Assembly (NCBI GenBank): GCA_965223865.1
Contig: OZ245020.1
Coordinates: forward strand, 1,504,001-1,568,000
Source: Nitrosarchaeum sp.
Lineage (GTDB): Archaea; Thermoproteota; Nitrososphaeria; Nitrososphaerales; Nitrosopumilaceae
Direction: 5' to 3'
DNA length: 64,000 nt
How positions within the stretch are numbered: the stretch's first letter is position 1; each line of letters begins with the position of its first letter. The notes beneath the pieces were generated by a model. It was given only the letters and a program-made list of their open reading frames with translations, did not search any database and was not told where the DNA came from. This document shows, in pieces, positions 60,956-64,000 of this stretch. The translations under genes were made by a program, and so were the position numbers.

Positions 60956-61291
60956 TCTGAAATATGTTACCAACATGTATGCACTATGCATCATTTGACA
61001 ATCATAAATAGAGTCATAAATTATCCGTCAAATGGTTAATGGTCAGGAGGATAATCCAGAACCACTAACTATAGAAGTAATCCCTTTATGGCATGTATCA
61101 TGGTATAAAAGAATGGTCAGGCAAACACCAAACAAATTTTAAAAAAAACTGTTCTTTTTACCCTATTTTGTGATGTTTTTGAAGTTATGATTGTTGGGCA
61201 TGCTCTTTTAATTTTGAGAACGGATTTTCGTGATAACTTTTATCAAATTAGTGTAATTTAGACAAATAATCAATATCTTATAGTACTTTCA

Positions 61292-61489
61292 ATGTTATAC
61301 AATATGGCAAACTATTTGGGAGATAACAACAAAAGGCAAGTTCATGATCTTCTTAATCAAAAAGAAAATTGTCAAATTGATGAAATCATGATAGTACACA
61401 AGCGGCGTTTCATTCCAGATACTTTTACGCAGGCAAATTCTGAAGGATATGAAAGTTGTATTTGGTGCATTGGTAACTCTCAAGAGTAA
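61292..61489 (+). CDS. small metal-binding protein (Ada metal-site-like)
   Basis: YLG.....VH......C...A..EGY..C.WC. Confidence 0.7.
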   Translation: MLYNMANYLGDNNKRQVHDLLNQKENCQIDEIMIVHKRRFIPDTFTQANSEGYESCIWCIGNSQE

Positions 61490-61574
61490 CACAATTATCG
61501 AAAATAATGTGAAATTTAGGTATAAAACTACAAAATTACGTTGATATATATCAAAGAGAAGCATTGTCAAAGTC

Positions 61575-61706
61575 ATGTTTAAAAAAATAATTAAAAAATT
61601 AGAATTTGGTTTTTGCAAGACGAAAGTTACCGATGATATGGATAAAAGCAAAAATTTGAAAAAAGAGACCAGAGGAAAAAGTGAAATAAATGAAATATCA
61701 ATGTAA
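61575..61706 (+). CDS. basic microprotein (43 aa)
   Basis: MFKKIIKKLEFGFCK...; a degenerate paralog at 60636-60752 has lost its start (AGG). Confidence 0.45.
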   Translation: MFKKIIKKLEFGFCKTKVTDDMDKSKNLKKETRGKSEINEISM

Positions 61707-61806
61707 ATATTGTAGTTTTCATTGGGTAGGAACTTCGTATAGTTTTGATGAGGTACGTGATCATGAAAAAACTCATTTGGAAAAAGCAAGTAAATCTGAT
61801 TTATGA
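61690..61806 (+). CDS. C2H2 zinc-finger microprotein (38 aa)
   Basis: MKYQCKYCSFHWVGTSYSFDEVRDHEKTH...*. Confidence 0.72.
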   Translation: MKYQCKYCSFHWVGTSYSFDEVRDHEKTHLEKASKSDL

Positions 61807-61887
61807 TACAAAGAAATAATTTCAGCTTGCCGTAAAGTTTGTAATTGTACCTAAAGGTTTCATTTAATTTTTAAGGCGAATTATCTG

Positions 61888-62277
61888 TTATTGTGGTTTG
61901 TTGAGAATCTTCAATTTTTGCAGAATATCTTCAATGATAGGTTCAATCTTTGCATTGGGCTCTACAGATATCAACACAAGATAATCACTAACTGGAATTG
62001 TGATTATTGCTACATTCTTTCTCTTTGATACAATGTAATCTAGTGGTCCTAATGTGCCATCAAGATCTTTTTTCATGAATAATTCCAGTGCATGCTCCAT
62101 ACACATCTTGTACTGATCAATCTCTGCAATTGGAACAATTCCTTTTTTGTAATCTCCTATCACAAGATGACCCATATCGTTTATGACTCCAACAAACCTG
62201 ATCTCTGGCAAACTCAAAATGTACTTGCTTGCAGATTCCCAATCTGAAGTATCTTCAAAGAATAATTTTGACATCAC
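61888..62277 (-). CDS. roadblock/profilin-like small protein (DUF6659-like)
   Basis: IRFVGVINDMG...LGPLDY...RK.V..ITIP. Confidence 0.8.
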   Translation of the reverse strand: MMSKLFFEDTSDWESASKYILSLPEIRFVGVINDMGHLVIGDYKKGIVPIAEIDQYKMCMEHALELFMKKDLDGTLGPLDYIVSKRKNVAIITIPVSDYLVLISVEPNAKIEPIIEDILQKLKILNKPQ

Positions 62278-62364
62278 ATTGTATGGTTGTTGTTTGTATT
62301 AAGGCTTTAATTGATTTTTCAGAAAGTGGTTATCATCAACAAGGGTCATAATTACTACTTCAAT

Positions 62365-62677
62365 CTAAAAATCTACTGGAATGTGCTTGCTTTGCTTTAA
62401 CCACTCAACTTGCGGCAAGGTATAGCGCCATAAAATATCTCCTCGTCCTTCTGCACCAAAATCCCATGGTGCAATAATAACAATGTCATTGTCTCTTATC
62501 CAAACTCTTCTCTTCAATTTTCCTCGAATTCTTCCTCTTCTAGCAACGTCATCACCACACTTTACCATGACATTTTCTCCACCCATCATTTTGATTACTC
62601 TTCCAAACATCTCAACCTTCTTCAGGCAGTCTTATTTCTTTTAATGCACTTTCATTTTTTACTTGACGTTTACCCAT
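62365..62677 (-). pseudogene. eif1a: translation initiation factor aIF-1A with +1 frameshift
   Basis: MGKRQVKNESALKEIRLPEEG, extra T at about 62614, then EMFGRV...RIRGKLKRRVWIR...PWDF. Confidence 0.85.
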
Positions 62678-63056
62678 AAGGAAAAAATTACTGTAATCGC
62701 AGTTAATAGTGTTTCATTTTGAAATTTTGATCAATTCAAAATTTACTTTCAGTTTATCACATGAAAATTTCATCAATATACTGAACATAATTCTACTTCA
62801 TAATTCGGCAGGTAATATTCATCATGTTTTGAGGAAAATCAGAGAGAACCCGTTGATATAATCATTAGCACAACTCTATAATTCTCAAAGTACATAACAC
62901 TTTGTCATACAAGATATCATCAACTCAAAAGATTACATTACTAATCTAGAAAAACATAATTCAAAAAAGAAAATTCAGATTATCCTTATGGCAACTACAA
63001 AAAAACCATTTGATAATGCAAATTATCACAAATCCATTCAGGAATTATAGTATTAT

Positions 63057-63980
63057 CTACAGATTTTTGTTCTGGTCTAATCTTAGACCCTTGTATCGAT
63101 TTCTGATAGTTACCTCAGTAACGTTTGCAGCTTCGGCAATATCTCGTTGAGTTATATTTTCACCATTTTTTACACATGACAGATAAAGTGCAGCTGCTGC
63201 AAGTCCCATTGGATCCTTGCCTGATGATTCTTCATGTTCTTTGGCAATTTTGAGTACTTTGGATGCATTCCGTTTTGTCTTTTCTGCTATTCCAAGCTTG
63301 CTTGCAATCTTTGCAATACATTGAATTGGATCAACAACTGGCATCTTTAGTTCCAATTCATGATATATCATTCTGTAACATCTGGCAATGTCTTTTTTTG
63401 GAATATTTCCTGCATCTGAAACGTCCTTTAGTGTTCTAGGGGTTTCTGTATCTCTGCATGCAGCATAAAGTGCAGATGCAATAAGTGCTGAGATTGAACG
63501 GCCTCTTACAAGACCCTTGTCAAGGGCTTTTCTGTAGATATATGACGCCTTTTCTATTACTGCATCAGAAAGAGAAAGTTTGTCTTTTAGTCGAGACAAT
63601 TCAGTTAATGCTTGCCTGAGATTTCTGTCTGTAGATGCATTAACTTTACTTCTACTGTCCCAGGTTCTCAACCTCTCAATGGTACTTTTCATAGTAGATG
63701 TGAGTGGCTTTCCAGACGAATCTCGATTTAGAGGATTGATTGTGGTGGCAAGTCCTCTATCATGCATGGCAAGGGATGTTGGAGCCCCGGTTCTTGTGGG
63801 ATCTGTACTGTTGCCATCTTTAGAAAATGATCTCCATTCGGGTCCAGAATCTTGCAACATCTCAGAAATGACATATCCGCATTTTCCGCAAAATCTTTCT
63901 CCCGTATCTCCATCAGTTAACATGGAATTTTTCCCACAGCGTTTGCAGACAGTATCAGTATTGATAATTTTTAGTACCAT
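63057..63980 (-). CDS. tfb: transcription initiation factor IIB
   Basis: Zn ribbon CKRC/CGKCG, GPEWRSF, RGRSI, VTEVTIRNRY. Confidence 0.96.
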   Translation of the reverse strand: MVLKIINTDTVCKRCGKNSMLTDGDTGERFCGKCGYVISEMLQDSGPEWRSFSKDGNSTDPTRTGAPTSLAMHDRGLATTINPLNRDSSGKPLTSTMKSTIERLRTWDSRSKVNASTDRNLRQALTELSRLKDKLSLSDAVIEKASYIYRKALDKGLVRGRSISALIASALYAACRDTETPRTLKDVSDAGNIPKKDIARCYRMIYHELELKMPVVDPIQCIAKIASKLGIAEKTKRNASKVLKIAKEHEESSGKDPMGLAAAALYLSCVKNGENITQRDIAEAANVTEVTIRNRYKGLRLDQNKNL

Positions 63981-64000
63981 AAATAAGATCAATGTGAGTC

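Overview
AT-rich genomic DNA from an ammonia-oxidising archaeon of the Nitrosopumilus type, judged from amoC, TFB, aIF1A, Cdc48 and many conserved thaumarchaeal small proteins. About 1-13 kb looks like ordinary chromosome (SNF2 helicase, peptide ABC permeases, JAMM, SRPBCC). About 13-64 kb is a variable, partly decaying accessory region. It holds four Usp genes, three CBS genes, an Acg-type nitroreductase, a CtpF-like P-type ATPase, a class III PHA synthase, phasin-like paralogs, a stand-alone amoC, glutamine synthetase, P-II, Lsm, Cdc48, aIF1A and TFB. It also has a caspase-like protease beside a Pepco/Trypco-like small protein, many unannotated Zn-finger microproteins, an integrase remnant, two att-like tRNA 3' fragments and several pseudogenes. 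The main candidates for new biology are three. First, a palindrome 11-14 nt upstream of the TATA box in about 13 promoters, suggesting a dormancy/hypoxia-like regulon that parallels mycobacterial DosR in gene content. Second, a caspase plus putative pore-forming effector pair. Third, a structured element of about 180 nt upstream of glnA. Family assignments come from recognising motifs by eye, not from database searches. Single-base frameshifts could be assembly errors. No complete tRNA, rRNA or CRISPR array was seen.
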